A stretch of 64,000 nucleotides of DNA from NCBI RefSeq assembly GCF_009914755.1, contig NC_060939.1, one strand, 5' to 3'. This document shows, one piece after another, positions 1-14,110 of the stretch; the first letter of the stretch is position 1, and the number at the start of each line of letters is the position of its first letter. The position numbers were made by a program, and so were the translations under genes. Origin of the DNA: the human T2T-CHM13v2.0 reference genome, Homo sapiens. The notes beneath the pieces are model-generated. The model was not told the DNA's origin, did no database searches, and saw only the letters and a list, made by a program, of their open reading frames with translations.

Positions 1-299
1 AGTCTTCTATTTATATTATCAATAAGCACTTATTTTATTTAATGAGGGAAAATTATCAACAATAGCAACCTCCTAAAAATAAAACAAACAAACAAACCTA
101 ATGATCTAGGGGATTAATAGTAAAACTGTGAAGTTATAGTAATAAAGTTCTAGAAATTCCCTAGAAAATAAATATCATAGTTCAGAAGAGAAAACAATAT
201 TCTTAGAAATCAGTTATAAAATTAATATATAAATATAGTCCAATTTCTAACAAAACAGTGATAATTTTTATTAACTTGCTAGAATAATTCTTTTAAAAT

Positions 300-684
300 G
301 ACAACATTACTGAATTGTATTTTACATATCATAAAAATCACTCCTTTCCAGTGCAATAAAATAAATTTTGGTAACCTTACTGCATGGTCTAGCCAAAATC
401 CTAAATTAGTTTTAGAGCATTTCATCCCTACAAATAAGATCCCTTATTGCCATTTACAGTTATTTCCAGTTTCCATCGCTAGTCTCGTGTAACAACTAAT
501 CGACTTTCTGTCTCTATAAATTTGCCTTTTCCAGGCATTTCATATAACTCAAATCATATATTATTAGATCTCTCGTGTCTAGCTCTTTCAATGAATGTAA
601 TGTTTTAGAGGCTCATCGATGGTGTAGCTGTGTCAGTAGTTTGTTCCTTTTTATTGCTTACTAGTATTCCATTGTATGGATATA
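300..684 (-). mobile_element. L1MB/L1MC-type LINE-1 3' end fragment
   Basis: Antisense L1M 3'UTR motifs (actaatcgactttctgtctctataaatttgcct; ttcctttttattgct..tagtattccattgtatggatat). Confidence 0.7.
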
Positions 685-839
685 ATTGCCAAAATAACTG
701 TGAGGATAACAATGTAATAAATATGTTTAAAAAGCCAAAATATTTTGAAATTGTAAAAGACAGGAAAATCTCATCCAAGTGACAATACGAAGTATGATAA
801 AATAAATTATGTGATATTGTTGCAGGAAATGCCAGACAT

Positions 840-1990
840 ATCAATTGAGAAAATTATAATATTTACACCTAGAGTCATTTATAAGAACTTAATATATGAT
901 TTGAAATGGTACCTCAAATTGATTACTCAATTAGTGGTGTTTAGACAACTAGCCAAACACAAAAATAATCTTAAATCCATACTACACACCTGATACCCTA
1001 CAATGAAATTAACTCCAAGTGTTTAAAGATTCAAACATAAAAAGTGAAACCATAAACATACTAGGTGAATATTTATACAGTCCTTAATGCCATAAAGAAA
1101 AATGCTTAATACTTCAAATTTTTGAAATGTATGCACGACTGAAATTATTATAAATTGCAAATGACAAAAAGAGGAAATATTTACAGAATATAAATGTCTA
1201 ACAAGTGGCTCATATTTCAACACATAACATTAAAAGCGTGCTTGCCACACACTAAGAGAAATTCAGCCCCAAAACAAAAATATATCAAATAACCATATAA
1301 GTAAACGACCACGGAATGACAGAGTCAATAGAAGTAAATCCAATCTTACCATAAAAATACAAAGTAGCACCCTAAAGAAGTATGTATGAAATAAAATTTG
1401 ATATTTAAAAGGATTTTTAATGCTAATCTCTAGCATTAGCCATGGTGAGGGACAATAACCCCTCTCATATTCTTCTGTTGATCATGTACATTAAGTATAA
1501 CCTCTATGGAAGACAATCAGGAAAAACATCACAGAAGTCACAAAAACATAGTGCATATTCTGACTCAACAATTGACTTCTAGGATTCTAAGGGCAGTCAT
1601 GGATACTTGTTTATAATAGTAAAATCTAAAAGCACTAAAATTTTATCTAACAGTAAAGGATTATTCAATGAATTATAATAAATTCCTACAATTGAATTAT
1701 CTTTTGCCAATAAAATGTTGAGACATATTTATAGGAATGACATGAAAAGAAATATTGGTAAGAAATATTGTTTTAAAATGCAGATTTTATAATAGTTTTG
1801 GCTATGTGATCCTGTATTTCAAAAAAAGCAATATACATTTTCAAAATATAGAAAAGAGAGAGACTGATTCAGTGGTGGCCATGATCATCATAATTCCTAC
1901 TGATGGAAAGATAATGAGTATATTTAGAATGAACTTAAAATACAAAATTATTTGGCTCATCTGTATTTTCCAAATTATTTACAATTAACA
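840..1990 (+). mobile_element. Highly degraded old L1 (L1ME-like) ORF2 end/3'UTR
   Basis: Remnants such as aaattaactccaagtg..aaagattcaaacataaaaagtgaaaccataaa and aagtataacctctatggaagacaat. Confidence 0.5.
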
Positions 1991-2799
1991 TGTATTACTT
2001 TTGTCAGTAATGTTATTTATAATACAAGATTGTTTAAAGGAATATTAACTGTCTTGGAAAAGTGAGTGAAAACATAATAATAAGCTTAATGAGAACTGGA
2101 TTAGAAGTCTAAGCAAAGCATTCCACTAGGTAACACATAGAATTTCAACATGTACATAAAAAAGGGGAAATTTATTCAAATTTTCAAAAAGATGTACAGA
2201 ATTGTACATCAGTTATCCTGCATTCATTTCTTTTTGCTTATTTCTGTACCTGCCTTCTACCTTTCTTATATTTTTACTATAAGAGCATTCCTCTTTGTCA
2301 TTTCTTTATCTTATTTATGCATGATGGTGGACTCAACTCTTCTGAACGAAACAAGCAGAAAGAAAACCTTCCCTCAACCCTAATTTCCCCCAGATTACCC
2401 TTCCCTTTCTTGTCCTTTTCATCAACCTCTTGGAAGAACATGTCATATATTCTGCTCACTTCCATAGGTTGTGTTCATTCTCACTCCACTGCAGTCTGGC
2501 TTTAGTCCCAAATATTCTGATGCAACTTTTGTCACTAAGTGTACAAATACTCTTCCAAATGCCAAATACATTAAACAAGCTCTTTATAGGCCTTTAGGGT
2601 AGACACTTTGTCTTACTCATTTCAGATTCACCTTAAGCCCCAAATACAGTATTTTCCTTCTTGTTAAATCCACTTCTGGTACTTAGAACGGTGCCTGGTT
2701 CTAATACCAGAGACACAAATCAGTAACAGAATAGGAAACAGAAAGCATTCTTGTTCCCAGGTAGTTTCTATCGCACAATCACATTTATTTTGCTGTATG

Positions 2800-2916
2800 G
2801 TAGTTGCTTTTACCTATCACTCCTGTGGTTGCAAGGATAAAATAAGATATTGTATACAAAGAGCCTGGCACACAGATTCTAATTCACACTCAGAGCTCAA
2901 TAAATGGTAGCTAATA
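2800..2916 (+). mobile_element. MIR 3' half
   Basis: aaggataaaataagatattgtatacaaagagcctggcacac..gctcaataaatggtagcta matches the MIR tail. Confidence 0.6.
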
Positions 2917-5900
2917 TTTAAATTCTGTATGTTCAGTAGATGTTATTTTCCAGGGTGAATTTCCTTCTCAGAAATTGAAAGTATGCATTTGCATTTCAAA
3001 AATATGCTTTGCATTTGGAATCACACTTTGCTGCCACCTTCATGACTGACCCTTCCTCATCTCTGTTTTAAGTCCTATTTATTCAAGGCTTTCCTATAGT
3101 TCAGCAGTGTTAGGGACTGAAGCTATAAAGATAAATAATAATAATCCTGGTCCTCAAGAAGCTCACTGTCTTGTTGATGGTATAAGTAGAGATATAATAC
3201 AGCATAAGGTATGATTACAAGGTTATTCATCTTAAAACATGAGCTGATGCTTTGGCTTTTAAAATCAAATGAACCCACAAGCACATCCACAGAGAAGCCA
3301 CGGTGTCTACCTAAATAGATATAGGCATAATATGAGCTAAAGATTGTTCTTAGCCCAGCATCCTCAAATACTACTTGGAGGAATCCAAAGTATAAACAAA
3401 TATACTTCTCAAATATTTGAGAAATATTTGAGTAGTACTTCAAATGTACTTCTCAATATATTTGTCACTTAATTGAACAAAAGAAATTTTTATTCAGAAC
3501 ATTGGGTCACCAGTAATAACAAGAGATAATTTAATTCTAAATTGCAATTCAGAAGGTATACACAAAATGACTATGAAAATCACAAAATACCAATGAGGAC
3601 ATCTGTGGGATTTGAGATATTGGTTTCTTCTCCTATTGGTTGTAGAGAAGAATTGGGAGTGGGATTCTGTGTGCCATGCCTGCATTCAGAGAAGGACGTA
3701 ATGGCTTATTAACATCTACAATTAAAGTTTATTGTTGAGAACTGAATAGTTTAAGAAAACTGAGATTTTACCCAACTTACTAGGCTCAATACAGTTTATT
3801 CTAAAAGCATAAAAAAATTATTTCTGTCATCCTCATTACTGTTTTGTATCTGGTCAGAGAAATCTCAGTGACTCTCTGGGCCTCAGGCTGAAAATAAGTG
3901 TTTCTTCATACTCTGACCGCCAGATTCCAAGTAGACAGGCAAGGTCATTATTTGGCACATGAAATACTTTGTCAACCTGTGTATGTGTGAAAGTGTATGT
4001 GAATATGTATGTGTGAGCACAGGCAAATGTGCCCTAAGGAGGTCTCAAGGATAGAGGCTCAATCTTGTTTCTCCTTTCATCCTCACAATATTTCTCATAG
4101 CAGACACTTAGTAAAAGTGAATCAATGAATCAACAAATGAACGGACGAAACATACAACTGGAGTATGTGGTGAATAAGATATATTGTTCCATCACCCTGA
4201 TATTAAAATAACCATAAAGTAATTAAACTACATGTAGGTTTATCAGTAAAATCCATAGGCCAAAATAAAAAAAAAAGTCTGAAATATCTATATTGCCTCC
4301 AGAAGTTTCTTCCAGCTTAAAAAACTGGTTAAACCAAGTCCTTGTCTTTCATACAGTAGGTTACAATCTTGGGATCTTGGGATGACTCTCAATCTACTTT
4401 AAATATGAGTGTCATCATTGCTTTCCACAAGTACAATATTTAAAATAAGCAAGCATTTTTGTTGAATAGATTTTATTTTTTATTATAGTATCCTTTCCAC
4501 ATTTTTGAACCTTTCTCTCTGTTCCATATTCCTAACTCTGCAGAGATGGGCACAAACATTTACAAATAGATAAAAATAAATTTTAAAAAATTATTTGCAG
4601 TCATCGGCATAAATTAAAGTATTTTAAAAACAATTCATTGAGCACTCAGCTTCACAATGTCTACTGAAGTTAGTCTCAACTTCATCATCACTGACGTAGA
4701 AGAGCACATTCTAGAAACAAGGGCTGAGAGAAAGGAGGAGAAGGAAGACTGTGAACAAGAAAAAAGTGGAAATGCCTGGAACATTATTCAGTGTGCATCT
4801 GCGCAGAATGGCTAAATTATATGCATGAAAACACGTGTGGCTCATTGGATCATTAACAAGGAAACATACCTCATTCTTCGTCTATGTAGTGGCTCTTTAA
4901 AATTCCAGCCATAAACAATATGGAAGAGCCTCTGTGTATCTTTCAGTGATTATTATCACAAATGATGACACTCTTAAAAACTCAGCTATCGCTGGGGATT
5001 TACGAGATTTATTTGAGAAGCATGAGCAGAGGGGTAGCAGGTTTACGATTACTCCAAATCCAGTGAGTTTAAGTTTATTAAGTTCTGTACACTCTATCTA
5101 CAAAGGTAGCTTGCAGCACTGTTTCTGACCTTCTGAAGACTACAGCTGTTGCAAAGCTCCCATGACATGTCATTGTCTTCTGTTATCATTCTTGCTCTAC
5201 AGCCTGTGTCCCTGTATTAGAAACAAGCTCCTCAGCTTGCCAGCTCAGCCTTCAAAAGAGGCGTTGTTGCTTTAGTACCACATTTGAACCAAAGTGAGAG
5301 AGAGCAAAACAAACCCTTATACATGAATGTTCTGGCTTAGATACAAGATACCAGCTCAAATAAAATGTCACTGCAGATAGCACAAATTATTGTAAACAAT
5401 ACTGCCTCCACGCCTGGTGTAAAACATCCACAGATAAGACTATCAAATGCTTCTTTGGGGCATGCTTTTGTCTCCTTCATCTTTAAGCTCAGAGCTCAAT
5501 CCAATTATCCACCAATTTCTGTTCTGTTTGTGATTTATGTGAACCAGGGTTGGAGGATTGTTATTTTAAAAATATTTTTGGTATGACAAGTTGAAATTTT
5601 TAGCTCATAAGCTAAGATTGCCTCAAAAAAATATGTTAAATAAAATAAATAAGATATGAATGCAAGGACTCTGGGCATACAAGGAAGTTAAAATATAATT
5701 TTTCATAAGGAATTGACATTTTTCATAAGATTCTTTACATTTTCTCTCTCATCATTTATTTTGAGAATATCCAATTTGTGCATTTTTCATCAACTTATAC
5801 TGTTAAGTGTAAAGTATTTCCCCAGAAAAAGGATTCCTGAAAGATTCTTGAAATTGCCTTCTGTAGTTTCCTTCCTCACTGTAGCTAACTATAAAATTCT

Positions 5901-6589
5901 ACACTGTGTAACTAAAATGCTAGATTCTTTCCATAATTCATATTGATTTTTGCATAAAATGCCTATTCTGAGCTCAGAACTACATAATCAAACACAACCA
6001 TCAGTTTCTGATGCTAAACAAAATTATTCCTTTGGGGGGATTTACTCACACCTTCTCCAGAGATAAAGGAGAAAATAATCATCTAACTTCCTGAAACGTT
6101 ACAGTTTTATATTAGATAAAATAGACACCTCTATCTAGAGTCAATTTCCATGTCAGGTAAATCAAATAGTCATAGCTCCCCAGTAAAGAACTAAATTTCA
6201 TCTGTAAGTCAAATCTGTAGACAGTTACTGAGGCTTTTAAGCCTTCAAACACTCGGAAAAGGAGGTGGTCATGAAGGCGCTTATAAAAAGGGATATTTTT
6301 ACAGGGAATTTTTATCTAGTATCAGCCAGGTGCTTTCCCCTTCATGTTTGTCCCTCTCCTAAACAAATCAAGGCTACCCCAGTAATCTTCAGAAGAATTT
6401 CTGTTCTTGAAGGTGTAATCCTAAAATCTATCACTTCTTTCCTTTCACATCTAAAGTTGTTTGGGTAGCAACACCAGCACCAGCTTTCCTCCTCTTCTTG
6501 GTACCTAGCAAAGGGCTCAAATACTTGCTGCTGTTCCCTTTTCTTGAAAAGTTTTATCCCCATACATTTAACGGGGGCTGTGTCACAAT

Positions 6590-6840
6590 ATGCAGGTATG
6601 AGCTCAAATGTCTCCCTTTCAAAGATGCATTCTCTGACCACCCAAACCAGTGACTTCATGCTTTATCCCTTTATTTTACTGACTTTGTAATATTTATCCT
6701 GATCTGAAATGAATTTGCCTATTTATTTTCTTGGTTACTATCTGTCCTCCCAATTCCCATGGAATAGAAATTCTATGAGAATCGAGCTTTTTACCTGCCT
6801 TCTGTTGTATTCCAGAGCGCAGTCACTGCACAGTGTATAT
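6590..6840 (+). mobile_element. L2 3' fragment
   Basis: gctcaaatgtctccctttcaaag..tctctgaccacc..tatctgtcctccc..tagaaattctatgag..tgtattccagagc. Confidence 0.6.
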
Positions 6841-8196
6841 TTAACACCAGAGACAGAGCAGATTCCACTGTGACTGAGGGAAAAATATCATATCCTTAAA
6901 ATCAGAAGTCTCCTTCTCCCTCGGCTCTCGGCTTCCTCCCCTATCAGGAATTTTTGTCTATTTTATTAGCTGAATTACCCAAATATCCTCAAAACACCTG
7001 ACTTTGATTTAGTTCCATGAAATGAATACTGGGTCCCAGCTATGCATTCCATCACTTTTTTACCAAATAGATATTCCCAGATTTTCTAAGGCATTTTCCT
7101 TCCTTTCAAGAAGCACACAGTGCCTGCAAGGTTACTAAACATCAACACAAGCATCACTGCTGAGGACTTCCAAATATGGCATCAAAACAGCCACAGAGAC
7201 TTGTCTAAATAATATCATATCTCCCAGCAGCTGGATTTTAGTTTGTTAACTTTAAAATGCAAGGCAGGCTTAAAGATTAACAATTTGCTTGGATAAAGGA
7301 AAAGGGAAAAAATATAATTAATCATTTGCCTGTCCCCAACACTAGTTTACAAAACCATGGTGCAACTTTATTGAGCTCAAAATTGAAGGGTGGCAAGGTT
7401 AATATGTAGCTTTAGACCTCACAGTTTCATTAACAAACACATTACAGGCTGTAAAGCTGAACTGACATTAATGCTAGGCCCAAACAAAGTAAATAATTAC
7501 TGGCTTGGCAAATGAGGAAGTACTTGCAGAGTTTGTTTACACTGGGTTTTTGGAAAATTCATGTTGGCAACAAGTCAAATACAGTTTGACTAGTAATTGT
7601 GACAATTGCTCACAGATGCTGCTGGAAGAACAACAAAAGAAAGGAATTATGGCTTTTCTCTCCCCCTGCATTTTCCCCCTTTGTTACCATTTTTTTTTTC
7701 TTTACCATTTTGGATCAATAAAGAACTTGCAGCCACAAAGATAAGTGGGTTACATGGCAGATGGGCCTTGGAATGTTTAAAAATCTCATGTTGCATTTTG
7801 TCTCTTGGCCCTAGATTGGAAAAGACACAGCTGCACTCAAGCTGCAGTCATAAAATCCACACTCCTTGAAAATGCCTATGGGTCCTCTCAATAGAACAGA
7901 GTTGAGATGAAGCCCGCTTAGAAATGTTCCAACAGACAAACTGGTTTGCTTTGTGTTAGTGCACAATTAACAAACCTCTGAGTTTGTAAGACTTCAGGAG
8001 AGAATTCTAGCCGAATAGGATCCATCTCATTTTCCCTAGCTGGACTGGAAAGTATAAACAGGAATCAAGGAAAAAGGTAACTCACCAAACTGGAAAATAG
8101 TTGTGTAGGGCAACTGATGTCTATTACATATAATTTGAAAGAATTTTGGTTTCCCTCATCAAAGATCAGTATTTTACCAACTAAAAGCTGATACTT

Positions 8197-8222
8197 CACA
8201 CACACAGACACACACACACACA
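8197..8222. repeat. (CA)n microsatellite
   Basis: cacacacacagacacacacacacaca. Confidence 0.9.
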
Positions 8223-10399
8223 TATCACAGGCCTTCTAAACACTTGAATCTAAATCTCTTTATTCTTGGAAGATAAAATTTCAACGATTTTGAGTATAAA
8301 TCCAAAACCTGAATCTCTCTAATACCATTTCTACTAACTTTGAGTGATAAGAGCCAGAATATCCTGAGACTTCATAGTGCTTCATTGAATCACTCAGCAT
8401 GAGAATCTGAAGCCTTCATTATTATTTAAGTGCCTTATCTAGATCCATAATATTTGTAATATTAAAGCCATATCCATTGTGTGTTTCAGAAGGTTGTTCT
8501 ATCATTCTCTAAATCACGTTTCTCTTAACACTCCTTTGGGTGATCATTGCACAAAACTGAATAAAAGTAGACCGCTATCCACAACAGAAAGGAATCTATG
8601 CCAAAAATAGGACTTATTTTAACCACTTGAATACTGTGTCCATCTATCAATAAAATACTTGATACACATCTTCCAGGTTTTCAGATTTTTCTTATGTGTA
8701 ACCTTAAAACCCCAAATATTCCTTAGAGGAGACATTTACTCTGAAACTTATCAGATTTTAGGTGAATAAAATATCCTGACTTTTGACTTTCTCATTGCCT
8801 AGACTATTGTGACCATGAAATTTGGAAGCCAAGCATAGGATACCAGGAGAGGTTGGATAGAAGCAAGATTTATCAGAATTAGCCTTGGAATCTCTGACTC
8901 AAGTATGGACTATCATCAGCCATTAGCACCAGACAAAATGCAGCCACTGACAAATCTTCTGGGATGCCGCTAAGTATACTTGACCTAACAACTACCAGTA
9001 AAACTTTCTGACATGTGCTTTGATTCTAGATTATCAACTAAGAATTCAGGGAAACATTCTACTAAATAACATGTCCTATGTAAGTGAGATAATTATAACA
9101 GCCTCCTCACTAGGTTATGGGCCCCCAAATTTATACTTTTCAGATCTTTCTTCTACGTTGCAGTCAGACACAGATTTGATCACGCCACACCATTGCTCAG
9201 AATTCTTTGGATGCAACTTACTGCCTATAGGATGAAGACCACACTCAGGCATTTCCTTGAATGCTGACACAATCCTACCCCAACCTACCTCACGATCTTC
9301 CTACTGCATGCATGCTCCCTTCAGATCTAATTGGCTTTTTTTCACTAATGCCTGCACTTGACCTAAGTGAAGATTCTGAAGCAGGAGAGAAACTGGTTTT
9401 CTAGGCCTATCTTGAGTCTCTTTTATCATTGACCATCTTTCGCTACCACAAAAGAATCATATTCTATTGCACAAGACCTAGTGGGCCTCATTTAAGATTT
9501 TGAACATTATTCCAACAAAATTCCTAAAATTTTAAGTTTGTACTTATATCATAAAGCTAGACCTTGCATTTAAAACTCACCTTTAGAAAACTTGCTTTAA
9601 AAAAACAAAAACAAGTAATTTTGATGAATTTGGAAATTCTGTGACTTAATCTTATCTGTTATCTGAGTAAGAGTTTAAGCAACAGTGACACTGGAAAATA
9701 AAATGATATTTATGTATAAAACAATGATAATACTATAGAATGTCATCTTTCAGGGTAACATTTGTTGAGTTACAGAACTGATTCATTGATTGCACTAAAG
9801 TTATACCATTGAATAACTTGCATGGAGGGAAACCAGAATTATAACCACGGGTAAAAATTGATATATTAGAGGTGAATTTTGGAAGAAATAAAAATGTAGA
9901 AGGCAATTATAAGAGGAGCACTTAAATTAGGTATGAATGGTTTATGCTATTGATTAAAGCATTTTAAAAATCAATAAAAGAACACTTTGTACCAAGTAGC
10001 TTTCAGGAACTTTCAGGGAAGACCATTTGATTCAGTTCAAAAGTCAGAAGCCTCTGCCCTAACAGGTAAAAAGCGTGGTTCCATCTCCTTTTTAAAAATA
10101 AAGCAAATAACTACAATTTAGAGTCTAAAATCAAGCATTAATGATCTGCTCCAGTCATTTTTTAAAGAAGCAAGCTATATTAAAAATTTTGATACTTAAT
10201 GTGAAAATTATATTTTTATTTATATTTTACTACATGCTGTTATCTTCTAATAACAATTCATGCCTAATTTATGTGCTCCCCTTCTAACTGCTTTCTATTT
10301 TTTTGCTTCTTCCAAAATTCATCCCTAATGTATCCATTTTTACCTGTGGTTGTAATTCTGATGTCCCTTCTTGCAAGCTATTGAACAGTATAAATTTTA

Positions 10400-10537
10400 T
10401 TATCATTTTTAAAATTTTTTTATGGGTTGATATTAAATGTTTATATTTGTAAAGTACATGAGATGTTTTGATACAGCATGCCATGTGAAATAAACACATC
10501 ATGGAGAATGGGGTATCCATCCCCTCAAGCATTTATC
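10400..10537 (-). mobile_element. 5'-truncated L1MA2/3-like 3' tip
   Basis: gtacatgagatgttttgatacagcatg..cacatcatggagaatggggtatccatcccctcaagcatttatc; degenerate TSD aacagt(a/c)taa on both sides. Confidence 0.8.
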
Positions 10538-12049
10538 AACAGTCTAACTGTCATGCAGTTATAAACTTCTTAGGAGAAGGATCTCTTGTGTTATATAAAT
10601 TATAAAATTTAATGCCATATCCTTGTACAAGGTAGGCTAACAATGCCTACTTTGAATTGTACTATATTCATTCAAGAAGCTTTTTAAATCTCAGGCTTTC
10701 TGACTCTTTGTTCTGCATTTCTCCCCTTTCAACTAAAGAATATATTTTATAGGTGAGCTACAGGTGGTTGTATGTATGCATCTGTCAGTCTTATTCCTAG
10801 GAACCCATTCGTGATAGCTCTGCCACATCCATTTGACAATAAACGACTCAAGTTCAAGAACGCTAACTGCTTTCTTGTCAACTTCTCTGAAAGTATGTTT
10901 AAAACACATTTTCCTGACTCATACATTTAGCTTAGCCAGGTCACCACCAGGCCCGGCCTTGAAAGCAGCAGATGTTGACGGGTTAATAAAAAAAAGAGTA
11001 TCATGAGAAGTGGTGACCAAAGCCCTCTGCTCAAAATCTATCCTAAAAACTATGGCTGACATACTTGTGAAGTATATTAAATGAGAACCTTTCTTGCTAT
11101 CTAATTTGGGCTGAAATTCCAGAGCCAAGAACTCTAAGTACCCTCACATTCTAAAATGAGTTGCAGAGTCCTTGCAGGCATTCACAGAAGGAGACTCCAA
11201 ACAGCCTTGGTGACTCCTAGGTATCACCTACCCTAGGAAAAACCTACACTGCCAGAGTTTGGTGCAGCAGGACAATGGGTGGTTCCTTTGGAAAGGGTGA
11301 CCTCAAAGAAGACTTTGGTTCTCTTGGACTTTGCATGAAAGTAACAGCCACAGGACAATGTGAATCCAACAAATAACATCTGTGGAAGTGGACTTCCAGA
11401 ATTCAGGCATCAAGTCATAAGCAACTGGCCAAAAGAGGCAGCACCTATGTTGGAAAAAGTCAGTGAGAAGTCTCAGGAAATGTGTAACAGTGTGTGCATG
11501 TGTGTGTGAGTCTCCAAAAACTTCCCCAAAGATTCAGGGAAGAAGGCAATGATTTGAATATTCAATAAAACCCAAAGGTCACTTCTGTCTCATAAATCTC
11601 TCTCTGAACCTGTTTCCAACTTTGGAGAAGCCAGTGGCCCAGGATGTTGGAAAAAAAAAAGTGTGGAAAAGTGAGTGGGGACATTGGTAAAAGTTGAACT
11701 GTGTCTTCCCTAAGATAGGGAAGCAAAGAAATCAGAAATGTTCATTCGAATGAGAGTTTGGGTGTGGAATATTAAACAGAACTACTCTTTCTATTAACTA
11801 AAATATGTTACTGTTTATTCATACCTGAGAGTGACTGGAAAAGCTAGAGGACCTGCAAGAGATAACTCATGGGTAGAGAAAAATGAACAAGCAGCTCCAA
11901 ATGATATTGAAAAAAGAAATAAAGCACTTTTGGAATTTTGTCTCTAATACACCAGTTTGTTCCATAAATTTGTTGTATTTATTTCTTAGTTTTGTCTAAT
12001 GCTTGGAAGGCACTGTTAAAAAAAAATTATCTATGCTGAGCCATCATAC

Positions 12050-12547
12050 CTGAACTATCAGAACTCCTTCAGTTGCAAAACAAAACAAAAAACAACTCAA
12101 ACTAGATTTAAAAATAGACAAATGTCTTGGTCCACATAACTTATATGGCTTCGTGCACAATTGAATCCAGTGGCTAAAGTAAACCATTAGGATTTTCTTA
12201 CTCTGTTTGTCATCTCTGTTGGCTCTCTTTATGTCTCCTACAGATGCTTTCCTCTCTGTGATTTTGCATCTGTTATTCCTCAGCAACAAATATAAACTAT
12301 TAGAGAACTTTCTTGGATCATGTGCCTATCACTAATGCAATCACTGGAAACAAGAGAAGGGGGTCTCTGATTGGCCACCTGGTCCTATGCCCACCTCTAT
12401 GATGATGGTGGCACTGGTGGCACCATGACTGATGTTCTCACCAAACCCACATGGAGTTGTGGAAAAGTGGATGGCTGGAACTCAAAAGAAAAGTGAATTG
12501 CTGTAACCAGAGAGGAAGGTAGGCAAAAACAACAGATATTCCCTACA
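12050..12547 (-). mobile_element. MLT1J/K-like MaLR LTR
   Basis: gttgcaaaac..aactcaaactagatttaaa, tctctgattggcc..atgcccacc, terminal gatattccctaca. Confidence 0.6.
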
Positions 12548-12699
12548 ATTACCTAAGCTTGTTGTACATTACAGTGCATAGCTAGCCAGCTGGGAGTCTA
12601 GGATTAAGCTTGGATTTCTGCCCTCAATGAGTAAAAATATCTGGGTAGAAAACAGAAGATTGCAGCAAAATTTCCCAGATTATGTTCTATGATGTTTTA

Positions 12700-13241
12700 A
12701 GAATAGATTCACAATTTCTTTTACACTCTTCCCTTCCAACAGAGGACCATTATTCTGTCCTCTTGAGGGTGGGCTGGACCTCATGACTCACTTTTGATAA
12801 ACAGAATGTTGTCAGCATGATACTATTTGACTTCTGAGGCTAAGTCATTAAAAAAAGGATAGTTTCTGCTTGTCTCTCTCCTATCACTTGCTTTGAGAGA
12901 AGCCGGTTATCATGTCATGACGACTCAAGCATCTTGTGGCCAGATCCACATGTAAATCTTTCTAAACTGAAATCTTTTGCCAAAAGTCAGCATCAACTTG
13001 CCAGTTACCTTGGAAGTCACCTTGGAAGCTGCTCCTCCTGCCCCAATCGAGGTTTCAGATGACTACAGTCATGGTGAGCATCATGGCTGAACCTTATGAG
13101 AGAGCCCATGCTAAAATTATCCAGTAAAACTGCTTCTAAATTCTTGATCCATAGAAACTGTAAGAATAGTAAATACTGATTGTCATTTTAAATCACTACG
13201 TTTTAGGGTCATCTGTTGTGCAGTAATAGTTAAATAATACA
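12700..13241 (+). mobile_element. MLT1F/G-like MaLR LTR, apparently nested in an old hAT-Charlie fragment (~12665-13530)
   Basis: tgggctggacctcatgactcac, gacttctgaggctaagtcat, tcagatgactacag, end gcagtaatagttaaataataca. Confidence 0.75.
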
Positions 13242-13619
13242 TGGGTATCCCCCAAGATGATAACAGATGCTCTATGAAACAAGTCAGGTAAGTGTGGTTA
13301 AGCATGTTTTAGCAGCTATCTTTATCATGGGACTTCTCAGAACCTTAAAAGGTAATATAATTGTCAGTTTCCAGAGGGAGAGAAAGAGAGAGACACAGAG
13401 AAAGAGAGACAGATGTAATATGCAATTTCTTAAACTTCTTTGACAAAAAAATGCCTTTATTTTTCATGGAAAACCTATTAATATCTCTGAAATTCTAGTG
13501 TTTCTAGGACATTTGAAAAACTCTAGACTAGATACATGTACTGGAGAAGATTACCCGGGACATTTTTGCTTCTTAAAGAGCAACATCATATCTTAGGTAA
13601 AAATCCGAATAACAGATTA

Positions 13620-14110
13620 ACAGGTCCAGGATTAGGATGACACAAGTGAGGTACTCATCTCAGTAACCACATTTAAAGAAATGACAAAAAGCTCAGTAGT
13701 CAAAATAAAAATACTGTATTGCAACATTTTTTTAAAACCAAAATTTATGTATGAAAATCCATGATGAACAAAATATCAAAATTTTAAATAAAGGCTAATT
13801 TAAAATCAGTCAAATGTTATTTCATTGGTTTGTCTTATGATCCTGCATTAGTACGCAATGAAAACAGTTATTTCTGATCAGTCCTGATTCCTTGTCCACA
13901 TCGTGATCACATTCCCCTCCAGTCAGGTTAATTTAACAATAGTGTGCAAAGAGATTGGCAATACAGTGTTTTACATATATTCACTTTTAGAAATGTAGTT
14001 TCTATTAACTTTTGCACTTGGTTCAAGTTATGAAAAAAATATTTTGGTAAGTGGATAGAAGCGCGTAGTTTCCCTTTTGCTTAGGTTCCAACAGGGCTCA
14101 GAAGGGCATC
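13620..14110. mobile_element. hAT-type MER DNA transposon remnant
   Basis: Contains aaaatccatgatgaacaaaatatcaaaattttaaataaag, typical of hAT-Tip100-related MERs; subfamily not resolved. Confidence 0.45.

Noticed and set aside
10990-11980. Possible ancient LTR (Gypsy/ERVL-like)
   Set aside because: Composition is suggestive, but I could not identify termini or family.
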